DNA of 63,187 bases, filler included, from Collodictyon triciliatum (lineage: Eukaryota), in NCBI GenBank assembly GCA_043381765.1. It is 6 parts of 6 records of this genome, joined end to end, with 100 filler letters (N's around TTAATTAATTAA, not from the genome) between each part and the next. Parts side by side here need not be neighbours in the genome. Positions count along the whole stretch, not along the records: positions 42,878 to 53,479 come from JBHJMP010002621.1; positions 53,580 to 63,187 come from JBHJMP010002656.1; 4 more parts are not named here. The stretch is one strand, 5' to 3'. The notes beneath the pieces were generated by a model. That model searched no databases, was not told the DNA's origin, and saw nothing but the letters and a program-made list of their open reading frames with translations. The translations under genes and the position numbers were made by a program. This document shows, piece by piece, positions 43,070-56,798 of the stretch. Position 1 is the stretch's first letter. Every line of letters starts with the position of its first letter.

Positions 43070-44054
43070 ATGAGTAAAAGACGTGTTGAAAAGCCAGCTC
43101 TTCGCCAAGAAAACAGCATAGAACTTGGTAGGTACTTTGTAGCCAACCGAATGATAGACGAGCGAGAGATAATCTTGCAAAGTGAGCTAGACGCTGTTGT
43201 TGTTTATAGAGACGCTTCTCAATGCACATGTCATTTTTGCCTAAAAGAAGTACAGAGCGACAAAGTGGAATGTGAGTCATGCAAGCAAACATACTGTAAT
43301 CCGGACTGCCGCTCTATTCACCACGCAGACCAGAATTACCTGTGCAGTTTGCTTTCGGAATGGAGAAGCAAATATGAGAAGAGTTCTCTGTGCATGAGGC
43401 CTGAAGATGAAGAAGGCTTTTTGCTCGGTCCCGATGAAGCAGATGCTTATGGCCGGTTACTGCTCTGTATCTTGAACAACCCAGGAATCAATCGTGATGA
43501 ATCAGCCCCTTTCCCACATCAACCGGCCACTGCACGCACACGTGTAGACTACCCTGCCAGTATCGATGGACTTTGTTTCCATCCCATGACCCAGATTGCT
43601 GATGAGCACGTTCGCTGCGAGCTTCAACAAATAGTTGAGTTGGTGGAGGACGTCATGAAAGCCTATAATCTACGTTGGAAGGAGTCAGTCCAAGGAGACG
43701 CAGATAGAATCCTGGAGGAGAAAACTGTATGGCCGATAAGTGAGATTGAGAAAAAGCTGCTGCAGTTGTATTATAATTGTGTTGTGGTGAGGTCTCGACG
43801 CTACGAGCAGATAGGTCTTGGCATCCACACTTCGCTTGCGCTCTTCAACCACAGCTGTCTATACAATGCGAGTTGGGGGAATAGCGGGCGTGTATTCTGT
43901 CCGGGCGGTGGAGACCATTTATCCCGGGGATGCTGTTTGTATATCTTACATTCCAGAGATGCACCTGGAGTTTGCCGAAAGGAAAAGGATGCTGGGCCGC
44001 TACTGCTTTGCGTGTCGGTGCGAACGCTGTGCGAGGGAACATGATTGTGCTTGA
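43070..44054 (+). CDS. SMYD-type SET/MYND lysine methyltransferase, intronless, with one frameshift near 43875-43879
   Basis: GRYFVANRMI, MYND CHFC..CESCKQTYCNPDC and ALFNHSCLYNA in one frame. VRAVETIYPGDAVCISY and post-SET YCFACRCERC lie in the +1 frame. Confidence 0.85.
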
Positions 44055-44583
44055 TTATCACCGGTGTGGACAAGAACCTATAAGCAAATTGATTGATGAG
44101 GCAATCATCACCATAATGATAATAATAGTAATAGTAACAGTAAAAAAAAAAAAAATTAATAAAGTGTATTAGCAAACGATCATGTTTCTTTTTCTTTCTT
44201 TTTCTTTTTGTATAGAGGTTTAATAATCAACGCAATGGTTTCGATAAAAGGTTTTGTGTGAATGTGTCTGGTGGGTTTTGTGGCGAAAGATGCTGTTTTT
44301 CTTTATCTTTTCATGGAGACAAGAGCTGAAAAGAAAATGGATTCATGGATTTATATTACACAGCTGACATCTGACTCAATCATCAAACAAGGTTTTAAAT
44401 AAAATTTTTTATTAAAAAAAACGATCTTTTTGAATTCTGTTCGATGCCGCAGAACAGATTTGACATGATTATTTTATGAAGAGTGAGAGAGATGGTTTAT
44501 TTATTTTAAATGAAAAAGTGACATACCAAGAGCTTGGAGTTTTTAATGATGAAGAAAAGTATAGTCAGAGGTAAAAACATTAA

Positions 44584-45767
<1,184 letters not shown>

Positions 45768-46017
45768 GGTTGAGAATTAGGTCCTTCATAATAGAAAAAA
45801 AAAGGAAACGGCAATATGATTATAACAAAAGAAAAGGAATTTTAATAAAGTAAAATAAAAATAAAAACAAAAACAAGTATACGAAACAAATCCGATGCTT
45901 CGCCACTTCATCATTATCTTTCTTTTTTTTTTTTTCATTTTTCCTTTCATTATTTTCATTATTCTTTTTTAGACGCAACGAGGACCGCATCCTTCAACAC
46001 TAGCACTCACATCTATC

Positions 46018-46512
46018 TCATAACCCCCACCTGCAAAAGCGCGCCTCATACTGCCCAAGAAACCAGAAGCTGCGACGAAGACGAATCGACCCCGCATGTG
46101 CACGCTTGTAGACCGGTGGATCATTGAGCCCATCCGCAGGATTTTCCGGCTGGCGATCACGTAGAAGAGCCGGCGAATGATCGGCCTGGTCAGAGTGCTG
46201 GGCGCTTGAGAGCTCGGCCTGTGGTCTGCGGCGAAGGGCGGCCATCTTCTCAGCCTCCAGCAAGCGGATGATCTCATCGCGGAGCCGACGAATCAGCTGG
46301 GGAGAGCTGACGCGCAGATCGGAGCGCAGCACTTGCTCGGACAGCAGCGGCAGCAGCGACCCAGTCACGCCGCGGGCACGGAAGGCCGCCGCAACATCCT
46401 CGGGCATCCCGATGGCCCGCAGCCACGCCACGATCGTCTCTGCGTCCCACGCGCGGAACTCGTGCAGCGCCCACGTCCCCGTCCCCGTCTGCAGTTGCGG
46501 CCGGTCGGTCAT
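46018..46512 (-). CDS. Small SAM-domain protein
   Basis: WDAETIVAWLRAIGMPEDVAAAFRARGVTGSLLPLLSEQVLRSDLRV..LIRRLRDEI is a SAM consensus; ATG at 46512. Confidence 0.82.
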   Translation of the reverse strand: MTDRPQLQTGTGTWALHEFRAWDAETIVAWLRAIGMPEDVAAAFRARGVTGSLLPLLSEQVLRSDLRVSSPQLIRRLRDEIIRLLEAEKMAALRRRPQAELSSAQHSDQADHSPALLRDRQPENPADGLNDPPVYKRAHAGSIRLRRSFWFLGQYEARFCRWGL

Positions 46513-46742
46513 CTCCTGTGCTGCGGTAATTCCTCTTTCTTTTATAAATATAAAGAAAAAAACGACGGAAAAGGGAGCAGCGAACGAGAGAGACAGGGTG
46601 ATTACATGGAACATTGGAAGGAGAAGGAGGCTATGATCAGAGGCGGAGAGTGTGCGCGTGTGTAAGGGGGAATTCAGGAAGGGGTGTGGCAGAGAGGCAA
46701 GGGCGCAGCATATGTGGCATGAATCCGCGGGATGGGGTGCAG

Positions 46743-47423
46743 TCAGTGGATCAGGAAGCGGATGTCCATCTTGTTTGGGGGCGCGGCGGCGGGCGGGTCC
46801 GGGATGCGGATCGGGGGCCGGAAGTGGGTTGGGAAGGCGGAGTTGCGGAGATGGCGGTTGCGACGCAGCAGCCAGCGTGTGCGGCACTGGACATCGGAGC
46901 GCGTGCGGACGAGGCGGGCAATCTGCATCCACGAGCCGGTGCCGCACTGGCAGACCGCCGCATAGAGCGCATCGTCCTCGGGCGCAGTCCACGCGCCTTT
47001 GTGCAGCTCCGGATTGACCACGCGATTCCACCGCTGCGCACACTGCTTTGCGCTCTTGCCCGCCCCGCCGACCTGCGCGACGGCCTTTGCGACTGTGCGC
47101 CACTGGCTCGCCTGCGGCTGGTGTGGCTGTTTCGTCATCTGCATCTGCATCGCGAGCAGCACGGCATCCTCGGCCTCTGTCCAAACGGCATTGCATGCAT
47201 CTGATTCGCTCTCCGTCCCTTCGTCCTCGCATTGCCGCATGCGATGTGGCGTCAGAAGTGTGATGCGCAGAGGCGCGCCGGCCGTCCCGTGCAGCAGAGT
47301 CCGCTTCACTCGGCTCTGCGCGGTGCGGCTGCCCATGAACTTGATCACGCCCTGCAGTCGATGCGGCCCGGGCTGCTCTTCTCGGGCGAGGCCTGGTCTT
47401 TGCGTCTCGGCGTACTCTTCCAT
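46743..47423 (-). CDS. Two-repeat (R2R3-type) Myb DNA-binding protein
   Basis: WTEAEDAVL...WRTVA...KSAKQCAQRWNRVVNPELHKGAWTAPEDDAL...WMQIARLVRTRSDVQCRTRW. ATG 47423 preferred; an upstream in-frame ATG at 47612 is possible. Confidence 0.9.
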   Translation of the reverse strand: MEEYAETQRPGLAREEQPGPHRLQGVIKFMGSRTAQSRVKRTLLHGTAGAPLRITLLTPHRMRQCEDEGTESESDACNAVWTEAEDAVLLAMQMQMTKQPHQPQASQWRTVAKAVAQVGGAGKSAKQCAQRWNRVVNPELHKGAWTAPEDDALYAAVCQCGTGSWMQIARLVRTRSDVQCRTRWLLRRNRHLRNSAFPTHFRPPIRIPDPPAAAPPNKMDIRFLIH

Positions 47424-47460
47424 CTGGCCTGGCTCTGTGTTAAGGTTCGCTTGCCGTCTC

Positions 47461-47466
47461 TTTATA
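47461..47466 (-). promoter_or_regulatory. Candidate TATA box for the Myb gene
   Basis: TATAAA on the minus strand about 40 nt upstream of ATG 47423 in a GC-rich context. Confidence 0.35.
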
Positions 47467-48594
47467 ACTACACCGCAGAGGGAATAGTCGCGCAGGCGAT
47501 TAGTTGCGGAGACGCCAGCAAAATGGGGTGAATGCGGTGATTGCCCGATTACAAGATGAGACAAAGGAGATGGAAGCGATTCATCCCATCCGTGATGACC
47601 CCAAAGCATCATTTTCCTCTCTTATGATTTGCTCTTTCTTCCGAATCTTCCCATGAGGCCGGTGCGTGCGATTCCTCGCCTTTTCTGCGCGTCCCCCTCT
47701 TCTCTGCGTGTTCGGTTGGTTGGTTCTGTTTTAACTGTTGTTCGGGTGGTGGTGTTTGGTGTGTCCGCTTGGGCTCGGCTGGCTTCTTCGTCTTTTCCGA
47801 CCTGAATATATACCCGCTCTTCGGCCATCATCTTCCCTATTGCGTGCACATGTCCATACATGGTTAATGCTTCGGTGTGAATTGGAAAAACTGCCGAACA
47901 CTATGCATCCTCTCTTGGAATTTCGTGTTGTCCTATCGACATTGAAGGAAACATTGGACAAAGGCTCTCCTCCTATTAGGCATCCTGCTGCCGCCTAGTC
48001 ACCAGAAAAACTGCAGAAATGAGACATAGATGACGAAAGTGTGGCGAGGCACGGCATAAATGCGGATTTTGATTTCCAAAGTTTTTCTTGGGCGATATCA
48101 GTCAAAGAACATACCTATATTTGGTGTATTATCTGTTCAAAAATCCGCATCCGTAATCCAAAATAGGCAGATTATTTAGCAGCGAATCCCCAATAGGAAG
48201 CATCGAGAAATTGTGATGATTCTGTTTGTGGAATATTATAATCAGGCTGCAGAATAGTTTTTCGATTTCGCATTTCACCCGAAACCTTCGTCTCTGGCAC
48301 TTGCATCTGGCGCTTCGCAGGCTAATCTAGGGGATTCTTTTTTCATAGTCCTCATTACGCAGGAAAAAAGAAGATAGAATATATATATATATAAAAAAAA
48401 AGTCAAAGGTGTGTGGGATAAGCATCATATATTTTATTCCTCCTCGACATCTAGTTTTGAATTCGAAATGTATGATTGCGATGAAATATTTACATTAAAC
48501 AAAGGGAATCCTATCCAAAAGGACAAATTAACAACGTATCAATCCTCGGTTGTGATCACAAAAGTGTCCATAAATTCAAATGGTGCAGTGATAC

Positions 48595-50702
48595 TCATGA
48601 CTTTGAGCCAGTGCGAATGGAAGATGTCCCGCCACTTCCCGGGCGAATCCCTGGTCGTGTGGCAGATGAGGAAGAAGGTCGCTGTGGGCCAGTCGATGTG
48701 CGTCTCGTTCCACCTATTCGTGTATGTTTTTTTAAAAAATAATAATAATAACCCAGTATACGCATATGACCAGAAATATTGGAATGAAAAGAAAGGAACT
48801 AAAAATTCACTAAACAATCCACAGCTTTTGATGAGTATGCATAACTTCAGGATAAACCCAAAATTCACTTTAATCACATACACAATTAAGACAATCATTG
48901 TTAAAATTGACTAAAAATTGTATCCCACATCAATCATATCATTTTGTAAGGAGGGCAAACCACTTGGTGGAGGACTTGCAGACGGTCTTTGAGAAATGAT
49001 CGTATTTGCAGTTTGGAGAAGCCTTTTAGAGTCCTCGATATTTCCTTTCCATCATGAAATGATTTTAGTCTCATTATCTGATCTTTCGAGCAGAAATTGC
49101 AGACTTTGAGCGGCTGTAAATATCGAAGCTTTGTTTGTAAATGAAATATAGAAGGAAGAGAAAAAATAGCAAATTTGAAGCATTACTTCGAAAAAGGTCC
49201 GTGTTCAGTGATCTTTCGATTTTTTCTTTAGGGATAAACATGTCGTCCCATTTGAAGCCTTTATTATTTTACTATCAATTATCAGTGGCATTGTAATTTT
49301 TCTTATATCATAAGTGTTGTGAACAGATGTTCTATAATTAAATAATTATAATAAAAAAATGTAAGATGATATAGAGTAAACGTACTGCTTCCCCATGGTT
49401 TAAACTCGGGGATTTGGATAGATTGGCTGCTGTCTGTGTCCATCAAGGATGAAACCTAAATTAAAACAATGATTGAAACATAGGGTAATCGGGGACACAG
49501 TCACAGAAATCAAAATGTACCATAAGCGACGCGTTCAACGCCTCGGAAGATGACACCCTTTCTCCATCCAATACAGCGAGGGAAGGTAAGTACTGCAATA
49601 CAAATCCTTTGTATCCCTTGCGAGAACACACTGGATATTTTGATTTATTCTTAAATTTTTGCCATAAAAAAGAAACTCGAGAAAAGATAGAAATATACAA
49701 AATCATATGAAGGTAAGTGTTGTTTGAAGCTCATAATGTGGCTGATTGTGCGATGAGAATGCAACATCGATTGTAGTTAAATAGAAAATTACAGCAGTTT
49801 TCTTTCAAAATACTTAATATGTACGAAAAAGAAAGACTCTGCTTAAATAGATAATTTTGCTTGTTTCATTACAGGTGAGGTAGAAAAGGTTCAGGGTGAA
49901 TTTTCAAATACTCATTTACCAGGGTTTGCCAGTTCTCCGCCTGTATTTTGAAGATAAAGAGAATGCAGCCTTGGAAGTGTATTCAAATGAGTGACCTCTT
50001 CTACTTCCTGAATTGCATTGTCTTGTAGATGAACATGCTCTAAATTGATCATGTGGTCGATATTTCCTGTAACAAAATATTTAACTAGTCAGCTAGGTAA
50101 TAGTTTTTTTTACTTACTGTTTATTTGTAGGCGATATCGATGTAATACACAGATGTATTATAATACAGCTTCTAACATAATCGAATAAAGGGGGAAATAA
50201 TACAGCCACCATCTCGAATTTGAAAGGATTATGGAATCTTCTGTGACTCATACCAATCTTTGAAATCCTGTTGGATATCAGAACAAGCTTTCGCAGATTC
50301 CTGAGCATGGATATCCCTTGGATAGATTCGATCAAGTTCCGCGTGAGATTCAGCTCCACCAGATTCTTTAATCCTTCTAATCCTTCCATTCGCCGAATCC
50401 CTATCACACAAACTTAGATGCCTTCATACCACTCCTAGCTCTCATCTCGGACATAGCTCATACAAACTCGTTTCGATCAAGCAGCAGATGGAAGAATGAA
50501 GTCATAAATAATCGCTTCTTACGCAGCCAAATAGAAAATGAGACGGAAAGAAAGCCTGTGCAACGAACATACCCATGTTTGACAGGATCAGCTTGCTAAC
50601 GCACAAAAGATCATACTCGCCGGTCTTTGATCTGATTAAGGCGTCTGTTATTCGAGTTTCTCCAGCGTTTTCTTTTTTCCCCTCTCGCCTGAGGTCGGCC
50701 AT
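48595..50702 (-). CDS. LRRC61: LRRC61-like SDS22-type LRR protein with LRR cap
   Basis: ITDALIRSKTGEYDLLCVSKLILSNM|GIRRMEGLEGLKNLVELNLTRNLI...LHSLYLQNTGGELANP|VCSRKGYKGFVLQYLPSLAVLDGERV follows the LRRC61 pattern as I recall it. S/G/R-rich tail ends in TGA at 48595. Confidence 0.72.
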
Positions 50703-51381
50703 TCTTGCAAGCCCTAAAGTTTGGGAGTCAAATGAAAGAAGTTGAAAGCTAGTCGTGAGTCACCTCCTTGTTGGGGCCACAGCGATCGAAAGGATGCGCA
50801 GATTCTCTCGCGGACGCAACAGTGAAGGGTACAAGTCCTCTGCGATCCTCATTCCAACTGCGAAAAAAGCTCGTAACGGCCGTTTGTTAGACACATTGCT
50901 TCCTCTTCCTTTCATATATTGTATATAATATAATTATTGTCAAATATTTTAGCTTATTTGAATAATTGTAATCATCAATAACACATAAAATGGTATAAAA
51001 TATATATTTTCCGTAAATAGAAGATAAGTTCTGCTTTTATATATATTTTACTTCTGAGCCCACCGTATCACACTTTGGCCATGCTCCCGAAACAGCTCTG
51101 TGTCCATCCACAGCCGTGTCCTGATGCTTTTCACCACGCGTATAAATTAAGCAATTGGTAAGAGAAGGATGTATGTAGCGCGTTTCAACCTTTTCAACTC
51201 GCATACAAAACGATACCAATCTCACAAGCATAGCAAAGGGCTTGCTCGATTATTTAGACACAAAACCTGGAAACTCACGGCATGGCTAATGAGATTAAAG
51301 TGTGAATGGAAACCGTCGATGTCTGATGTGATTTTGTAATTCATTTCGTTTTATTTAGAGACAAGCACCAGAAAACGAAAT

Positions 51382-52978
51382 ATGGAGCCCGAAGAGCTTA
51401 TCATCGCCCCAATTACGATGGCCGGAGGTTTTTTTTTAATAAAAAAAACATTATCAATAAATGCAAATATAGTACCATATTCACAGACCGAAAGGGGATT
51501 CATCATTCAATAACGAATCTGAATCTCCAATTTTCTCAATCACACCTCTTTTCGCTAACCACAAATATTCGTTCCAATACGAAAGACTTCCAAAACTTCA
51601 CCGCAACGCAAACAGCAGACTGGGCTAGGTCCCAAAACTGCAGCCCATCGTCTGTTCAATACATTCTTAACAACGGAGTAACCGGCCAAGATATGTTAGC
51701 AGCAAATGAAGAGCAGATGAAAAGCGTTTTTGGAGATGCTGACGGTGTCCTATTCTACCGTGCTCTTGAGAACTGGCGTGCAAGGAGACCACAGAGTACA
51801 GTTCTCCCTGGCCCACCCATCCATCAAAATCAGACACTCCCGACGGTGGCTCCATCTGGGCATACAGGATATGGAGGTTTCTTATGGAATCAACCCCCTA
51901 ATGCGAATTAGCTTCATTTTTGTTCGAGATTTTTGTATCGAGATGGCTTGGTTTTCTGAGGGAAAGGAATTCTTAAATACCTGACTCCATTATGTAATAT
52001 TAGGTATGAACTCAAACATCGGGTATGTTCCAGGCTCCGTTCATCCTCAGAATTCAACTAAAAAGAAAAAGTTTGGCATGGCAGGAGCTGCAGGATGCTG
52101 CTTCTGTTGCTATGAGTTTTCACTCCTTTCTCTAGCTGTATCCACCCTTGTCATACTGGCGATTGCCGTCAACAAGCAAAATCAGAACAAAAATAGATTG
52201 CATTCTCTGATCGATGATACCAATCGCATTTTGAGAAATAATGGAGGAAATACAGTGAGAACTGTTGGAAAAGAAATTGGAAACTCTTTCATTACATCTT
52301 CGGTTCAATATGATGATTATAATGGACACATTTCAAAGGTTTGTTCATATGATTTTCGATTTTCAGAAATCTGCACAAACCATGTATGATTCAGCATAGC
52401 AAACAACCAAGATTAAACCCACCAACAGCTTCATTTTTTATGAAAAAAAAATATGTTATAACGAAAAATATTAAAATTTGAAAAAAAAAACATTGATGGA
52501 AATCAAAGATTGAGTTTGAGATTCCCGACCCGTCCCATTGGGGTGATGAAAATTCTGTCGCAGTGAAGTTTGACCAAGAGAGTGCAATCCCATGGGAATC
52601 TCTAAAACTCCAACGAACAGGGTCTGATTTGCTCGTGGAGCTACAATTTAATGACGCTAGCTTTATAGCTGATGTAATTGTAATTTTACTTGCATATACC
52701 GACTACTCAATTTAATACTGCATCCCGTTGAGCATTTCAAAATAAAGGTTGAGGGCAACTATGAATTAATTATGTATTGGTTAGGGGCTTGGTGAAGAGA
52801 ACAGTTTGTTGTGGACATCAAGAAGAAATATGGTAAGCATATGAAGAGCACATATGACAATTCTACTTCATGATTGCTAGAAACTTACTACATGGATAAC
52901 AAGAAACGTTACCATATTTTATCTGGACACGGTTTTGCACCGGTCGATGTTGACGGGATGACTTATGGATCGCGCTGA
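51382..52978 (+). CDS. Membrane protein with N-terminal SAM-like domain, Cys cluster and single TM
   Basis: Phase-compatible exons: FTATQTADWARSQNCSPSSVQYILNNGVTGQDMLAANEEQMKSVFGDADGVLFYRAL (SAM-like), GCCFCCY, TM FSLLSLAVSTLVILAIAV, and an end at GMTYGSR*. Confidence 0.7.
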
Positions 52979-53479
52979 AAACTTATTGGTTGTAGGACAT
53001 CTTGAGGGAGCTTGCAAATGACTTTGCTGTTGTTTGTAGCTCAATTGCCGATGCTTATCCGAACGACCATGGGTTTGCACCAACCACCCACTGCATTCAC
53101 TCAAGACAAGATGGAACAGTGGTTCTGTCTTTTCTGGGGTTTTCTGGAGATGATTCGGCTGTGTAGCTCGTCGCAAGTTAGACGCAAAAGTACGCTGCCC
53201 TGGAGTGCTCTTAGTATTTGTCACGTCAACGCACTCGGGTGCTACGCCTTGTCCTGTCAAAATCCTCAGAATGTCCCTAGAAGCAAGCCAGCCCTTGTTT
53301 ATAGCTCATCAAAACCCTTCTGAATCTGTTCGTGCCAACTAGCTAACCGCAGAGTGCGGTAAAAATCCCAAGATGATCAAACAAAATAAAAACAAATTGT
53401 CTGAAGAAAAAAAGGCAAAACAAAAAACAAAAAAACAAAAACAAAAAAACAAAAAGCAAAAAAGCAAAAAAACAAAAAA

Positions 53480-53579
53480 NNNNNNNNNNNNNNNNNNNNN
53501 NNNNNNNNNNNNNNNNNNNNNNNTTAATTAATTAANNNNNNNNNNNNNNNNNNNNNNNNNNNNNNNNNNNNNNNNNNNN
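53480..53579. other. Artificial contig-joining spacer
   Basis: N44-TTAATTAATTAA-N44. Confidence 0.97.
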
Positions 53580-54238
53580 AAGAAATAAAAAAGAAATAAA
53601 AAAGAAATAAAAAAGAAATAAAAAAGAAATAAAAAAGAAATAAAAAAGAAATAAAAAAGAAATAAAAAAGAAATAAAAAGTAAAAGTAAAAGTAAAAGTA
53701 AAAGTAAAAGTAAAAGTAAAAGTAAAAGTAAAAGTAAAAGTAAAAGTAAAAGTAAAAGAAACATAAACATAAACAGAAACAGAAACAGAAACAGAAAAAG
53801 AAAAAAGGAAAAGAAAAAAAGGAAAAGAAAAAAGGAAAAGAAAAAAGAAACAGTGAGGAGCCAGATGAATGATGCATGAAAGCATAGAATAAATCGCATC
53901 CTGTGCGCTTTCAATTGTACAAATGGAGAAAAAGAGAAAACCGCATCCCGCGTGCGACAACCTCCGCCATTCGCTTGGGAGTGCAAGCGCGACAGATCAA
54001 ACACATAATATCCAGTTAAGGAGACCGTTTTTTTTTTTAATAGAATTTGTTGATGCAGGGCGTTAAACCCTCGGTTTCGTGTTATTCCTTTTGTTGTATT
54101 TTTCGTATCTGGTGTCTTTTTTTTTCTTTTCCTCTTCACATTCTCTGCGGCATGGAGTTTGATAGTGGTTTGAAAAGTGAATCGGCATAGGTACCCCTGC
54201 TATTTTCACCCCACCTATCATTCGAAATCATCCGCTTG

Positions 54239-56766
54239 CTAAGAGAAAGAAGCATTTGATACGGTTGATAGAAGCAGTCTGTTGGATTCACTCAAATTCA
54301 CAACCCCTTCAAGCTTGACCTCACCGCACTCCAGCATCCTTGCGCTTCCGACTCTGACGAATTTCCCATCATTGACCTTCTGAGTTTCAATGAGATTGAT
54401 GGCATCAGACAAACGATTAAATGTAGCAAGCACCTTTTCGCGTTTGTCTTTCTTTACGAGATGTCTTCCTTTTGTATAAGTGACCTCGCTCCTTTGCAGA
54501 AGGTGCATTTGGCTTCCGGAGGAAATATCCCATGTGCGGAGAGTCTTGTCCATTCCGATGGACGCCAACCAACATTCTCCATTGGGACCAGAAACAGGGC
54601 AGATACCCACCAAAAATCGGATGTGACCCTTGAGTACTTTCTTTTCGTTACCGTTTGAAGGGTCCCATATGCGGATGGTCTTATCAATGCTCCCCGACGC
54701 CAGCCACCTTTCACCGCGGGGGCCGACAATACTAGCAAGACAGGATATCGAGTCTGTGTGGCCTTTCAAGGTGTTGATTTGAGTACCGGTATCAACATCC
54801 CATATACGAATCACTTTGTCCAGACTTCCAGTGGCCAAAAGCAACTGACTGCTCTCATTCTTTATCAGGCAATACGCAAAGGCGGATACTGTTGATACGG
54901 GCACTCTCTTTACTTCCAATCCTGAATGGATATCCCATAGGGCAATTGATTTATCAGGACACTCTGCTGCCAACCAAAAACCACCAGAAGATGTCTTCAC
55001 AAATTCGTGGTAGGGTCTTTCACAAGCGATGTCATCCAAAACTTTGAGATAGCCTGTCTTCATGAAATCCCAGAGACGTATGCTCTTGTCCTCACCTCCA
55101 GAGGCTATCAAATATTCTCCGTTCGGCCCAACCACTGATGAAACACAATAAATCGAATCAGAATGCCCCTCGAGTGTCTTGACATGAATACCAGTGTTCA
55201 AACACCATATTCGAACTGTCTTATCGTTACTTGCTGATGCCAACCACTTTTCTCCGTAACGGCCATTCACAATGCACACATGATTGACATCCTTGGAGTG
55301 GCCTTCAAACTGTCGGACCTGACATTCCCTTTCCAAGTCCCAAACTCGGACAGTTTTGTCCTTACTGCAGGAGGCAAGCCAAATCTCCCCTTTTGGCCCT
55401 TTTGCCTCACAGATACTGTATACAGACTGATTATGACCCTTCAACCTTTTGATTTCTTCGCCTGTAGATAAATCCCATATACGAATGGACTTGTCTTTAC
55501 TTCCCGAAGCCAGCCATGTACATCCGTTGGGTCTTTGAATAATGCAAAGACAGGTTACTGTGTTTGTATGGCCCTTTAGGATTTTGATTTGGCTTGAACT
55601 ATCATTATCCCATATACGTATAGTTCTGTCTGTGCTGCTGGAGGCTAGCCAAATCTGCCCTCTAGGCCCTTCTAAATAGCAAACACATTTGACATGGTCG
55701 GTGTGCCCTTCGAAAACTTTAATTTGACTCATAGTACTAAGGTCCCATAGGCGTACAGATTTATCATTACTTGCCGAGGCAATATACATCACACCATCCT
55801 TCTCAAAGTGACACATACTGTTCACAGCCTCTGAGTGACCAGCAAGTGATTTCTCGATAGACCCATCCGCTAGATTCCAAATAGTAATGGATCTATCGAA
55901 GCTTCCACTGGCGATCCATTTCTCTCCATTCATTCCTTTCATTTCACATAGACATGATATCGAGTCTGTGTGCCCTTTTAATTCTTCACATGAGATGCCA
56001 AATGTGACATCTTTCATATTCGTTCCGTTAAATATGCAATCGCCAATGAATGCTTTTGTCAACTGGGAGCCAGCTAGATTAGAGCCAGTAAAATCAGTGT
56101 TATCTAAAAATGAGCCGCTTAGATTGGCCTTCGGTATATGAACCCCAGAGAAATCAAATCCAGTGAGAGGTATATTCATAAAATTTAAAAAAGTGATTGC
56201 TATTGACGAATTTTCTGAATTGACGTGATTCTCTTTAGAAGAGTAAACAATTTTCAAGAGCAGCGCCACTATTTGTCCATAGTTCCACTGGGTGTCGAGT
56301 TGTACACCTTCGACATTTTTAAGAATGAAATCTTTCACTGATGTAAATTCAATCGCCTCCATATTCTTCCCTGCCTCTTTGCTGTGGTATGAAATATATT
56401 CGCACGAATTTAAAGTTCGAGAATGCATCCACCCCAATTTTTCTCCAAACATATCTCTAATATGTATCCAAAATTCAATAGCTTCTGCATGAAGTTTTTG
56501 TTCTTTGCAATATAGAGTGGCATATTCGCAAGAAATCCACACATTCCAGTCCTCAAACGATGATATTTCTCCATATATAAGGGCAGCATATTTGTAGAAC
56601 TCAAGGACCAGAGTGTTCTCTTTCTTTTCTTTTAACAACTCTGCAACCCTCAAAAACTTGGTCCCATCTCTAAGAATCATTCTTGACTGCGTATCTTTTC
56701 GTATTCTTGAAGCCTCTTTAAAATACTCAATAACTTGATCAGTTCTACATATGAAAGCGCAATATG

Positions 56767-56798
<32 letters not shown>

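Noticed and set aside
48060-48150. Inverted repeat atgcggattttga / tcaaaaatccgcat as MITE ends
   Set aside because: It is short and imperfect, with no TSD and no second copy in the window.
54239-56680. The 813-aa WD40 ORF as a stand-alone or bacterial contaminant gene
   Set aside because: The frame stays open upstream to an AG acceptor at 56745 that is phase-compatible with the preceding TPR exon.
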